A model generated the notes under the pieces. It was not told the DNA's origin. It was given only the letters and a program-made list of their open reading frames with translations, and did no database searches. The position numbers and the translations under genes are program-made. Below are positions 48,615 through 60,141 of a stretch of 64,000 nucleotides of DNA, one piece after another (position 1 is the first letter of the stretch; each line of letters starts with the position of its first letter). The DNA comes from Squalus acanthias (taxonomy: Eukaryota): NCBI GenBank assembly GCA_030390025.1, contig CM059452.1, forward strand, positions 10,168,001 through 10,232,000, read 5' to 3'.

Positions 48615-50534
48615 GTTTGCAGGGAGTTGCTGGCGGATTTGAACAAAACGGGTTGAACCTGAAATTGCTTTAGTCAAGAGCTGGGAAGATGTTGAGTAAT
48701 ATCCGGCCTCTCGGCCGATTGGTTTATTCCTGACAGAGGCAGCAGATGTCATCCAATCAGCTCACAGCTCCTTTGTTCCCCAATTCATCGAATCAGCTCA
48801 CCGCTCCTTTTCCCCCCAATTGATCGAATCAGCTCACAGCTCCTTTATTCTCCAATTGATCGAATCAGCTCACAGCTCCTTTGTTCTCCAATTCATGACG
48901 TCAGAGCGGGCAGCGGGGAACGGAGTGAAATTGTTCTCCTCGCAACAGGGAACTGGACCGGAATTGAACCCAATGTTGGCCCATTAACAGGGTCAATCTG
49001 GGAGGTGGACGCAGTGAAGTGTAATAGTTAATGTTGTTCTGTTATCAGTGCCGGAGGTTCGCGTTAAAAGAGCTGCTCACTGACCATTAGAACCACCCAC
49101 AGTTATAAAGGCGGATGTAGAGGTCCCGGGAGGATTTAAACACAGCGATGCGGTAAATGAGACAGACGCCGCCTTTGACATGAATGAAATGGGGAGTGAC
49201 TGACAGGTTTGAATAGGAGGGCACGAACAGCCAATGGACTCAGTGATACTGGGAAGAGCTGCTTATTAAAAAATATATGCAGCATATTTTCATTAATAAT
49301 ATTTTAATACTTCATAATAACATTGAGAATAAAGCACAGCTTCCGTTTGAAATTAATACTTCTATTTCTGGAACTATTTCTTTACTCCGTTTCTTCAATA
49401 AAGTCATTGAATAATGTTCTCAGTTTGTAACTCGCCCCATACGCTGAAACCAACAGTGAACACTTACGGGAACGGTAGCATAGTGGTTCTGTTACTGGAC
49501 TAATAATCCTGGATTAATAATCTGCAGACGTGAATTCAAATCCCGACAGCAGCGGAATTTAAATTCAGTTAATTAAATAAATGTAGTGCCCGTAATGTTA
49601 ATCATGAAACTACTGGATTGTCGTAAAAACCCATCTAATTCACTAATGTCCTTTAGGGAAGGGAAACCTGCTGTCTGACCTGTAAGTGACTCCAAACCCA
49701 CATCCCATGAACGAAGAAAAAACACATTTAGTTGCCACTGCCCTCTGGTGGCAACTAAATGTCCGATTCCAAGTCCTGCCTTCGCACAGTTCACAAGATT
49801 ATAGGATAATTCCGCATGGGAGAAGGAATTCTGCCACTACTTAGTTTATCCACCCAGCGAGATCCTAACACCACAGCCCCTTCTCCTTCCCCGTTGGAAT
49901 ATCCATTATTCCCAGGTTTAACGCTCGTTGATCGATCTAGAATCTGATTCCACACAGTTATCGCTCTGTGTCTGAAGAATTTCCTGATATCAGGCCTAAA
50001 ATGACCTTTCATATTTTGAACCCGTGTCCCCAAGTTTTACTTCCGAATGTTAATTTAAGTTATATTCCGAGGTAACTGTTTTAGCCTCTTCACAATCTGA
50101 TCTACCTCTTGGCTTCACTGTAGTCGGTAACTCGGGATGATTGAAGCGCCAGTGTCCAACTATCTCAACATTCAGCTCCCAAACTGTCGAGAACAAACCC
50201 GTCACTGAGCCGTGAAACACACCGCGTTTTACACTCGCAGAACCTGCTGCCGGAATCGACATGGGCTGGGTTTTGTCTGCATGGGCTGGATACTTTCAGA
50301 CAGAGGAAAAAGGGAGCATTGAGAGAGAAAGTGAGGATAGGGAGACTGTATTTATCTCCCTGTCTGTCTATCTACTTAGATATCCATCCAGCTATATATA
50401 TTGATCTATCTTTTTATTTTTATGGGTTGGTTCTGTTGTATTATCATAATTCAAGTCCCAGATCTGATTCATTGAGAGGAGGTGAAAGTCCTTTGCTGGT
50501 TTTGAACGGACTGACTGCGCCCTGTAACAGTGTG

Positions 50535-50971
50535 AGGTTCAGCGCACAGAAATACACGGTAGAGACAGAGACAAGCGCCCCGGAGACATTTAAAGGAATC
50601 GTTTTCTTGTCTGCGTCCAAGTCAGCAGAGAACCGGTCTGGGAAATCTGGAGACTTGTCTCCCGACACCGAGCTATATCGCTTCAGTAAATATCTAGGAG
50701 CTTCCCCGGGATACTGGATGTTCCAGAAGAGAGTTGAACCAGTGTACTCTGCCGAATAACTACAGTTCAGTATTATGGTCTGTCCTTCCTGAGCCGTTAA
50801 TTCAGGCGGATCCTGGGACACTGAGTCTTTGCCACGCTTTCCTGCAAAAAATACAGAATGTGTGATAAGTCTGGGAGTAAATAAAACCCATGGAACACAC
50901 ACTGGCCCTTTAAACATGTACTCACCGGACAGCACGACAATTATTATCAGTAAAGAACATGGGGAGCACAT
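50535..50971 (-). CDS. TCR alpha/delta V (family A), open frame but atypical residues and weak RSS
   Basis: Leader 50971-50926; V exon 50841-50535 (LNC, FWNIQ, VSTVYFCALN); heptamer CACACTG 50528-50534, 21-22-nt spacer, degenerate nonamer. Confidence 0.8.
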
Positions 50972-51639
50972 GTTGTCTGGTTTAGAATTCGACAGAAAAT
51001 AGCAGCTCGCGTTAAATATGTTGACCTTCTAGTCTGATATTAACGAGTAAACTCAGATCAGGGGCAAGCTTCACTGATTAGGAAACTGAGGGGCGTTTCC
51101 CAGGGACAGGATTGGCTGGTCTCTCAGAACTGATACCAGCTGTGCACCAATCAGTGTTAGTTGTGGACCAATTACTGATGTCTCCCTACAAATTCTTTCC
51201 ATGCCGAGCTATGTGAGTGAGTGTCCCTCTCTCTGTCCCTCTCTCTCTCCTCTCTGTCGCTCTCTCTCTCTCTGTCTCTATCACTTTGTCCCTCTCTCTC
51301 TCTCTGTCCCTCTCTCTCTGGCGCTCTCGCTCTCCCTTTTTGTGTCTCTATCACTTTATCTCTCTATCTGTCTCTCTGTATGTGTGTCTCTGTCTCTCCA
51401 TCTATCTATCTATCTGTTATCTGTTTTCATTCTGTTTCCATGGGTAACCAGGAATGTTTTCTGCAGGACTGAGTTCTGGAGACTCCGTTGAGCAGTGGCC
51501 AATCGAAGCCCAATCTCTGGAAGAAACCTCAATGAGCATTAATTGTAATTATTCAACATCCCTAGCAAGCTATTACCTGGAGCTTTACCTCAGAGCCAGA
51601 ACAAGGCTCCCACTTTCGTAATTCAGACACATTCCTTTG

Positions 51640-52355
51640 GAAAGGGTGAGGGACCTGGGAGTTAATGTGCAAAGGTCCCTGAAGGTGGCGGGACATATTG
51701 AGAGAGTGGTGAGCAAAGCATATGGGATCTTGGGTTTCATAAATAGAGGTATTGAGTATAAAAGTAGAGAAGTTATGCTGAATCTTTATAAAGCGCTGGT
51801 TAGGCCACAACTGGTGTATTGCGTCCAGTTCTGGTCACCACACTTTAGGAAGGATGTGAAGGCCCTTGAGAGGGTGCAGAGGAGATTTACCAGAATGGTT
51901 CCAGGGATGGGGGATCTTAGCTACAAGGACAGGTTAAAGAAGCTGGATTTGTTTTCATTAGAGCAAAGGAGGTGGAGGGGTGATTTGATTGAGGTGTACA
52001 AGATTATGACGGGTTTGGATAGGCTAGACGGGGAACGGCTGTTCCCACTAGTTGATGATACAAGGATTAGGGGACACAGATTTAAGCTTTTGGGCAAGAG
52101 ATTCAGGGGGATGTGACGGAAAACTTTTTTACACAGCGAGTGATGAGGACCTGGAACTCGCTGCCGATGGAAGTGGAGGAAGCGGACATATTCAATGTTT
52201 TCATGGGGAGACTGGGTAGGCACTTGAGGGAAATAAACTTGCAGGGTTACGGGGATAGAGCGGGGGAATTGGACTGACTGGATTGCTCTGGAGGGCCCCG
52301 GCACGGACTCGATGGGACGAATGTCCTCCGTCTGTGCGGTTATGACTCTATGACA
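51640..52355 (+). mobile_element. CR1 LINE 3' fragment
   Basis: ORF 51637-52116 RDLGV...GFINRGIEYKS... Confidence 0.9.
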
Positions 52356-52359
52356 CTAA

Positions 52360-54212
52360 GTTTTTTTTATTCGTTTATGAGATGTGGGCGTCGCTGGCAA
52401 GTCCAGCTTTTATTGACCATCCCTCATTGCCCTTGAGAAGGTGGTGGTGAGCCGCCTTCTTGAAGCGCTGCAGTCCTTGTGGTGAAGGTACTCCCACAGT
52501 GCTGTTAGGTAGGGAGTTCCAGGATTTTGACCCAGCGACGATGAAGGATCGGCGATATACTTCTAAGTCAGGATGGTGTGTGACTTGGAGGGGAACTTGG
52601 AGGTGGTGGTGTTCCCATGCGCCTGCTGTCCTTCTCCTTCTAGGTGCAAGAGGTCGCGGGTTTGGGAGGTGCTGCCGAAGAAGCTTTGGCGAGTTGCTAC
52701 AGTGCATCTTGTAGCTGGTGCACACTGCAGCCACGGTACGCCGGTGGTGGAGGGAGTGAATGTTTAAGGTGGTAGATGGGCTGCCAATCAAGCGGGCTGC
52801 TTTGTCCTGGATGGTATCGAGCTTCTTGTGTCTTGTTGGAGCTGCACTCATCCAGGCAAGTTGAGAGTATTCCATCACACTCCTTACTTGTGCCTTGTAG
52901 ATGGTAGAAAGGCTTTGGGGAGTCAGGAGGTGAGACACTCGCCGCAGAATATCCAGCCTCTGACCTGCTCTTGCTGCCACAGTATTTATGTGGCTGGTCC
53001 AGTTAAGTTTCTGGTCAATGGTGACACCCAGGATGTTGATAGTGGGGGATTCGGCGATGGTAATGCCGTTGAATGTCAAGGGGCGATGGTTAGACTCTCG
53101 CTTGTTAGAGATAGTCATTGCCTGGCACTTCTGCTGCGCGAATGTTACCTGCCACTTATCAGCCCAAGCCTGAACGTGGTCCAGGTCTTGTTGCATGCGG
53201 GCATGGACTGCTTCATTAGCTGAGGAGTTGTGAATGGCACTCAACACAGTGCAGTCATCAGCGAACATCCCCATTTCTGACCTTATGTTGGAGGGAAGGT
53301 CATTGATGAAGCAGCTGAAGATGGTTGGGCCTTGGACACTGCCCTGAGGAACTCCTGCAGCGATGTCCTGGGACTCTGATGATTGACCTTCAATCGCCAC
53401 AACCATCTTCCTTTGTGCTAGTTATGACACCAGCCAGTGGAGCGTTTTCCCCCTGATTCCCAATATCTTCAGTTTTACTAGGGCTCCTTGATGCCACACT
53501 CGGTCAAATGCTGCCTTGATGTCAAGGGCAGTCACTCTCACCTCACCTCTGAATTCAGCTCCTTTGTCCATGTTTGGACCAAGGCTGTAATGAGATCGGG
53601 AGCTGAGTGGTCTTGGCGATACCCAAACTGAGCATCAGTGAGCAGGTTATTGGTGAGTAAGTGCCGCTTGATAGCACTGTCGATGACTCCTTCCATCACT
53701 TTGCTGATGATTGAGAGTCGACTGATGGGGCGGTAATTGGCCAGATTGGATTTGTCCTGCTTTTTGTGGATAGGACATACCTGGGCAGTTTTCCACATTG
53801 TCGGAAAAATCCAGTGTGGTAGCTGTACTGGAACAGCTTGGCTAGAGGCGTGGCTAGTTCTGGAGCACAAGTCTTCTGCACGATAACCGGTATGTTGTCA
53901 GGGCCCATAGCCTTTGCTGTATCCAGTGCGCTCAGCCGTTTCTTGATATCACGTGGAGTGAATAGAATTGGCTGAAGACTGGCTTCTGTGATGGTGGGGA
54001 CCTCAGGAGGAGGCCGATATGGATCATCCACTCGGCACTTCTGGCTGAAGATGTTTGCAAACGCTTCAGCCTTGTCTTTTGCACTCACCTGATGGGCTCC
54101 ACCATGATTGAAGATGGGGATATTCATGGAGCCTCCTCCCCCCGTTAGTTGTTTAATGGTCCACCACCATTCACGACTGGATGTGGCAGGACTGCCGAGC
54201 TTTGATCTGAGG
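52360..54212 (-). mobile_element. CR1/L2-group LINE (RT region to 3' end), replaces 5' half of a V
   Basis: KAMGPDNIP, NYRPIS, QFGYR, GVPQGSV, FADD motifs across frameshifted ORFs. Confidence 0.9.
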
Positions 54213-54214
54213 GA

Positions 54215-54343
54215 TAGAAACCAGAACCCCGACTTCACGGATCGATTTAATTCTACGTTTAATGAAACTGCTAAGGTTACCGAGCTAACGATCGGCAAAG
54301 CCCTGATCTCCGACACCGCCGTGTATTTCTGTGCCATGAGCCC
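54215..54343 (+). pseudogene. 3' half of family-B V with intact RSS
   Basis: NPDFTDRFNSTFNETAKVTELTIGKALISDTAVYFCAMSP; RSS CACACTG 54344-54350 / 24 / ACAAAAACC 54375-54383. Confidence 0.88.
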
Positions 54344-54425
54344 CACACTGCTGCAGAGAAAAAGCGGCTCCTGTACAAAAACCCACACTGAGAGTTCCAG
54401 TTAGTGCTCACCAGAGCGCGCTCTC

Positions 54426-55405
54426 CCTTCTTCTTCTTAGGCAGTCCCTCGGAACCGAGGATGACTTGCTTCCACATTAAAAATGAGTTCTCAGGTGACT
54501 GATGAGTCAAATGCGGGACCTACAGTTTCTGTCACAGGTGAGGCAGACGGTGGTTGAAGGGGCGGGTGGGTGGGGTGCTTGGGTTGACGTGCGCTCCTTG
54601 CGCTGCCTGCGCTTGGCTTCTGCTTGCTCCTGGTGAAGAGACTCGAGGTGTTCGGCGCCTTCCCGGATGCTTCTCCTCAACTTTGTGCGGTCTTGGGCCA
54701 AGGATTCCCAGGTGTCGGTGGGGATGTTACACTTTTTAAGGAGGCTTTGAGGGTGTGCTTGAAGCGTTTCCTCTGCCCACCTGGGGCTCTCTTGCCGTGT
54801 CGGAGCTCCGAGTAGAGCGCTTGTTTTGGGAGTCTCGTGTCGGGCATGAGGACAATGTGACCCGTCCATCGGAGCTGATCGAGCGTGGTCAATGCTTCGA
54901 TGCTGGGTATGTTGGCCTGAGCGAGAACACTGACGTTGGTGCGCCTATCATGCCAATGGACTTGCAGGATCTTGCGGTGGTACCTCTCCAGTCCTTTGAG
55001 GTGCCTGCTGTACATGGTCCATGTCTCTGAAGCAGACAGGAGGGTGGGTATCAATACTGCTCTGCAGACCATGAGCTTAGTGCCGGGTTTGAGATCCTGG
55101 TCTTCAAACACTCTCTTCCTCAGGTGACCGAAGCCTGCACTGGCACACTGAAGGCGGTGTTGGACTTCGTCATCGACGTCTGCCCTTGTTGACAGTAGGC
55201 TGCCGAGGTATGGAAAGTCGTCCACGTTGTCCAAGGCCTTGTCGTGGATTTTGATAATCGGGGGGCAGTATTGTGTGGCGGGGGCAGGTTGGTAGAGGAC
55301 CTTTGTCTGACGGATGTTTAGTGTAAGGCCCATGCTCTCGTACGCTTCGGTGAAGATGTTGACGATGGTTTGGAGTTCGACCTCTGACTGAGCGCAGACG
55401 CAAGC
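54426..55405 (-). mobile_element. RTE-clade LINE 3' fragment
   Basis: GLTLNIRQTKVL, FPYLGS, SASETWT, RLPKQALYSEL motifs; (AAG)n tail; interrupts the family-B V 3' flank, which resumes near 55408. Confidence 0.85.
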
Positions 55406-57221
55406 GCGTCTCACACCAATAAACAGAAGCGATAACTCAGCCTCCACAGTGAGAGTCACAGAGAGATTCTTAAAAGGGCAAAAACACAATACTCATCATC
55501 AACAGGTGAACGCCACTGGCGGAATTATATTAGTTGGTGATTTGTACTCCTATTTATAATTTTAAAAATAACTTCACAAATCCATCTGTGGCGCCTTACC
55601 TCCCCTTTTGGCTTTCGATGCCCTTTCCGTGCCTGCCTGTCCCTTCTCATATCTTGTCTCTACTCTTCACCCATAATCCTGCGAACTTCCTTCTTCCAGT
55701 CTTAAGTTTAACGATGAAAAACCTTTGCTGCTTCTCTGTACATTTATTCAGAACCGCTCCAACCCAGCTTCCCATAAACAGGAACTGCAGACAGGGCAGT
55801 GAATAAAAACAGGATTTCTCACACTGTCCACCGACATCTGAACAGTTCTCAGAATATCCACCAGAGGGCGTCAGGTCTCAATATTCCTTTTGTGCATCAT
55901 ACCCCGGGGCTTTGAGTTAAATGCTGATTCTCCAATAGTTGTGCAAATGTTGGAATGAATTGAAGATTAATATTTGAAATCCACTTGCCACAATGGGCTG
56001 GGTTGGTACATCGGGCAATAATCATCACAAAAAGACATCCATGATATCAAAGGATTGATTTCTGGTACTAACCAGTGGGCAGGACCAGTGAGTGGAAGAG
56101 TGTGGAAGATGGGGAAAGGAATATTAAAATGTGGATGAAAGACACACCCCGTGATCTGATTTCTGAAGCCATTAACTGTACCGATGGGGAGATCGATGTT
56201 AATGGGGCGAAAAACAAACCGGAACCGCCTGTATTTTGTTTGTTTTTCTGCGCCACATCCTTTTCTGATATGAGTGAAAGTTGTGAGGAGTTTTTCACGC
56301 CCTGCTGATGTTGAGCTCTTGTTATCGAGGACCCGTCCTACACCTCACCCTGGAGGTTTGAACCCGCTTCCGCGCTCTGCTCCCGGGAACTTAAAGCAGA
56401 TGAGTGGTAATTAGCTGGAAAGCGCCGATGCGCCACTCTCTCGATTCTCTCATTGAAAATCCAAAATTTGAAGATTATGGATCCCTAAGTTAATCATTAC
56501 AGGCCCTAAGCAGGTGACACTCACCAGATATAAAGAAAGTAAGCCTTGCACATATATTGCGCCTTTCACGACCTCGGGACGTCCCACAGCGCTTTACAGC
56601 TAATGAAGTACTTTTGAAGTGTAGTCACTTATTTAATCCTGCAATTTAGTATACTGTATTCGCTGCTCACGATGTGGTCTCCTCTACATTGGGGAGACCA
56701 AACGCAGATTGGGTGACCGCTTTGCGGAACACCTCCGTTCAGTCCGTAAGGGGGACCCCGAGCTCCCGGTGGCCTGTCACTTTAATTCACCGCTTCACTC
56801 CCACTTTGACCTCACCATCCTCGGTCTATTACACTGTTCCACGGAAGCGCAGCGTAAGCTCGAGGAACAGCACCTCATCTTTCGTTTAGGCACGCTACAG
56901 CCCTCTGGACTCAATATCGAGTTCAACAATTTTAGATCATAACCTCAGCTCCAATCACATTTATATTTTATTTTTTCCACCTTTTTATTTGCCCCCCCCC
57001 CCACCTTTTTTTTCCTCCTAGAAGCTGGCAGCTGTCCTTCATTCTGCCAGTGGATTTCACACTTCTTTCAGCCTTAATGTGTCACATTAACACCACCTCT
57101 AGCCTTGCATATCTCTTAATGTCTCTTAATGTCTCTTCATCTCCCCCTTTGTTCTTTTATCCCCTCCCCCTTTTCCCAGCTTTACTCTGGCCTTAAATCT
57201 ATTTGATTTCCGGCTCTTCAC

Positions 57222-57258
57222 AGTTCTGACGAAAGGTCATCGACCTGAAACGTTAACT
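57222..57258 (+). ncRNA. minimal hammerhead ribozyme motif; second copy 60423-60459
   Basis: agtt-CTGACGA-a-aggtc atc gacct-GAAA-cgtt-aact. Confidence 0.7.
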
Positions 57259-57276
57259 CTCTTTCTCTCTCCACGG

Positions 57277-60141
57277 ATGCTGCCTGGCCTGCTGAGTTTT
57301 TCCAGCGTTTTCTGTTGTTATTTCAGATTTCCAGCATCCGCAGTATTTTGCTATCGTATTAGTGATTGGTTCACTGCCACCTCTCTTCTAGGAATGCCTA
57401 TCTTGAAGAAGTTCTGCTCTTCTCTTCGACGGGATTTCCGTTTGGCTCTTCAACCTTATTCATCTTCATTGATTTCAGTTTCCCTTCTCGTGTTTGATCA
57501 GGTATCTTCCAAGACTCGGTTTCACAGCCACATTACTTTCCTCAGCAACTGTCTCCGGTTCCGACTTATCCCACGTGGATTCCAACTAAACTTCCACCCT
57601 TCGTGTTTCGGATCAACCCAGGATTACAAATATCTCCAAGATATTCATCGTTCCTCGAACTGCTGCTCTCGCCGCATCTTGAGATCCACGCTCAACGCCA
57701 TGCGGCGCCACATGAACACTCTCGACCTCTCTCTTCAGCAGCACCGACGCACTCTATCTCAAAGCTGTCCGGGTCCACAGTTCCATTTCATCCTTAGACT
57801 CATCCGACGCTTCAACAAAAAACTTTTCTTCTTCCTTTCCGATGTCAAGGATCGCAAGCTTCAACAACTCTCGGACACTAACGCCCCTCCGGAACCTTCT
57901 TCCCCTTCACTTTCCTCTGACCCCCCTTCTCCCAATCTCACCCCCTGCCGCGTTTTCACTATCCCCTCTGACCTTCCCCTCTCTGACTCCGAACGATCAG
58001 TCCTCAGCAAAGGCCTGACCTTCATCCCCTTACGCCCCCATCTCAATGAATTTCGAGCTCGGCACGATGCTGAGCTCTTTTTCCGCCGCCTCCGTCTCCG
58101 TGCCCACTTCTCTGGCCAGGAGTCTTCCCGCCGCACGGCAGACCCTTTCTCCCGCTTTCAGAATTCTCGTTCCACCTGGACCCCTCCCTCTGGCCTCTTA
58201 CCCTCTCTAGATCTTTTCATTGCTAACTGCCGCCGTGACATCGGCCAGCTCAATTTCTCTGCTCCCCTCACTCACTCCAACCTACCTCCCTCTGAATTTG
58301 CAGCACTCCATTCTCTCCGATCCAACCCTGACATTGTCATTAAACCTGCTGACAAGGGTGGCGCTGTTGTTTGGCGAACCGACCTCGACCTAGGGGAAGT
58401 TGAACGCCAACTCTCTGACACCTCCTCCTACCTCCACCTGGACCATGACCCCACTACTGAACATCAAGCCACCGTGTCCAAGACCGTCACTGACCTCATC
58501 TCCTCTGGAGATCTTCCCCCCACGGCCGCCAACCTCATAGTTCCCCAACCGCGCACAGCCCGCTTCTACCTCCTTCCCAAGATCCACAAACAGGACTGCC
58601 CCGGTAGACCCATCGTTTCAGCCTGTTCTTGCCCCACGGAACTTATCTCTTCCTATCTCGACTCTATTTTTTCTCCCCTTGTCCAGTCTCTTCCCACCTA
58701 CATCCGCGACTCTTCCGATGCCCTCCGCCATTTTAACAGTTTCCAGTTTCCCGGCCCCAACCGTCTCCTCTTCACTATGGACGTACAATCCCTCTACACC
58801 TCCATTCCCCACCAGGATGGCCTGAGGGCGCTCCGCTTCTTCCTTGAAAAGAGGCCCAACCAGTCCCCATCCACCACCACCCTCCTCCGCCTGGTTGAAC
58901 TTGTTCTCACATTGAACAACTTCTCCTTTGACTCTACCCATTTCCTCCAAATTAAAGGTGTTGCTATGGGTACCCGCATGGGTCCTAGCTATGCCTGCCT
59001 TTTCGTGGGATATGTGGAACACTCTTTGTTCCAGTCCTACTCGGGTCCCCTCCCTCACCTCTTTTTCCGGTACATTGATGACTGTATCGGTGCCGTCTCC
59101 TGCTCTCGCCCTGAACTAGAACATTTCATTCACTATGCTTCCAATTTCCACCCTTCCCTCACCTTCACATGGTCCATCTCCGACTCTTCCCTTCCCTTCC
59201 TCGACTTCTCCATCTCCATCTCTGGGGATAGGTTTTTGACTAACATTCACTACAAGCCCACTGACTCCCACAGCTACCTGGACTACACTTCCTCCCACCC
59301 CGCCTCCTGTAAGGACTCTATTCCATTCTCCCAGTTTCTCCGTCTCCGCCGCATCTGCTCTGATGATGCCACCTTCCATACCAGTGCTTCCGACATGTCT
59401 TCCTTTTTCCTCAACCGAGGATTCCCCTCTACCATGGTCGACACGGCCCTCGACCGTGTCTGTTCTATCTCCCGCACTTCTGCCCTCACCCCTGCCCCTC
59501 CCTCCCGGAACCACGATAGGGTTCCCCTTGTCCTCACCTTTCACCCCACCAGCCTCCACATTCAACGGATCATCCTCCGCCATTTCCGCCACCTCCAGCG
59601 TGATCCCACCACCAAACATATCTTCCCCTCACCTCCCCTTTCAGCATTCCGCAGGGATCGCTCCCTCCACGACACCCTAGTCCACTCCTCTACCACCCCC
59701 AGCACCCCTTCCCCTTCGCCCGGCACCTTCCCGTGCACGCGCAGGAGATGCAACACATGCCCTTACACCTCCCCTCTTCCCACTGTCCAGGGCCCCAAAC
59801 ACCCCTTCCAGGTGAAACAGCGATTTACTTGTACTTCCTGCAATTTAGTGTACTGTATTCACTGCTCACGATGTGGTCTCCTCTACATTGGGGAGACCAA
59901 ACGCAGATTGGGTGACCGCTTTGCGGAACACCTCCGTTCAGTCCGTAAGGGGGACCCCGAGCTCCCGGTGGCCTGTCACTTTAATTCACCGCTTCACTGC
60001 CACTCTGACCTCACCGTCCTCGGTCTATTACACTGTTCCACGGAAGCGCAGCGTAAGCTCGAGGAACAGCACCTCATCTTTCGTTTAGGCACGCTACAGC
60101 CCTCTGGACTCAATATCGAGTTCAACAATTTTAGATCATAA
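57277..60141 (+). CDS. Penelope RT + GIY-YIG endonuclease ORF (954 aa, uninterrupted; true start may be ATG 57394)
   Basis: KPADKGG, LPKIHK, MDVQSLYTSIP, GVAMGT, RYIDD, NLVYCIHC...LYIGET, PSGLN. Confidence 0.9.
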   Translation: MLPGLLSFSSVFCCYFRFPASAVFCYRISDWFTATSLLGMPILKKFCSSLRRDFRLALQPYSSSLISVSLLVFDQVSSKTRFHSHITFLSNCLRFRLIPRGFQLNFHPSCFGSTQDYKYLQDIHRSSNCCSRRILRSTLNAMRRHMNTLDLSLQQHRRTLSQSCPGPQFHFILRLIRRFNKKLFFFLSDVKDRKLQQLSDTNAPPEPSSPSLSSDPPSPNLTPCRVFTIPSDLPLSDSERSVLSKGLTFIPLRPHLNEFRARHDAELFFRRLRLRAHFSGQESSRRTADPFSRFQNSRSTWTPPSGLLPSLDLFIANCRRDIGQLNFSAPLTHSNLPPSEFAALHSLRSNPDIVIKPADKGGAVVWRTDLDLGEVERQLSDTSSYLHLDHDPTTEHQATVSKTVTDLISSGDLPPTAANLIVPQPRTARFYLLPKIHKQDCPGRPIVSACSCPTELISSYLDSIFSPLVQSLPTYIRDSSDALRHFNSFQFPGPNRLLFTMDVQSLYTSIPHQDGLRALRFFLEKRPNQSPSTTTLLRLVELVLTLNNFSFDSTHFLQIKGVAMGTRMGPSYACLFVGYVEHSLFQSYSGPLPHLFFRYIDDCIGAVSCSRPELEHFIHYASNFHPSLTFTWSISDSSLPFLDFSISISGDRFLTNIHYKPTDSHSYLDYTSSHPASCKDSIPFSQFLRLRRICSDDATFHTSASDMSSFFLNRGFPSTMVDTALDRVCSISRTSALTPAPPSRNHDRVPLVLTFHPTSLHIQRIILRHFRHLQRDPTTKHIFPSPPLSAFRRDRSLHDTLVHSSTTPSTPSPSPGTFPCTRRRCNTCPYTSPLPTVQGPKHPFQVKQRFTCTSCNLVYCIHCSRCGLLYIGETKRRLGDRFAEHLRSVRKGDPELPVACHFNSPLHCHSDLTVLGLLHCSTEAQRKLEEQHLIFRLGTLQPSGLNIEFNNFRS

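Noticed and set aside
304-54343. IgH-type V segments among the Vs
   Set aside because: None shows VH hallmarks (WVRQ/LEW, YYCAR); all look TCR-like by eye, although alpha vs delta cannot be assigned without a phylogeny.
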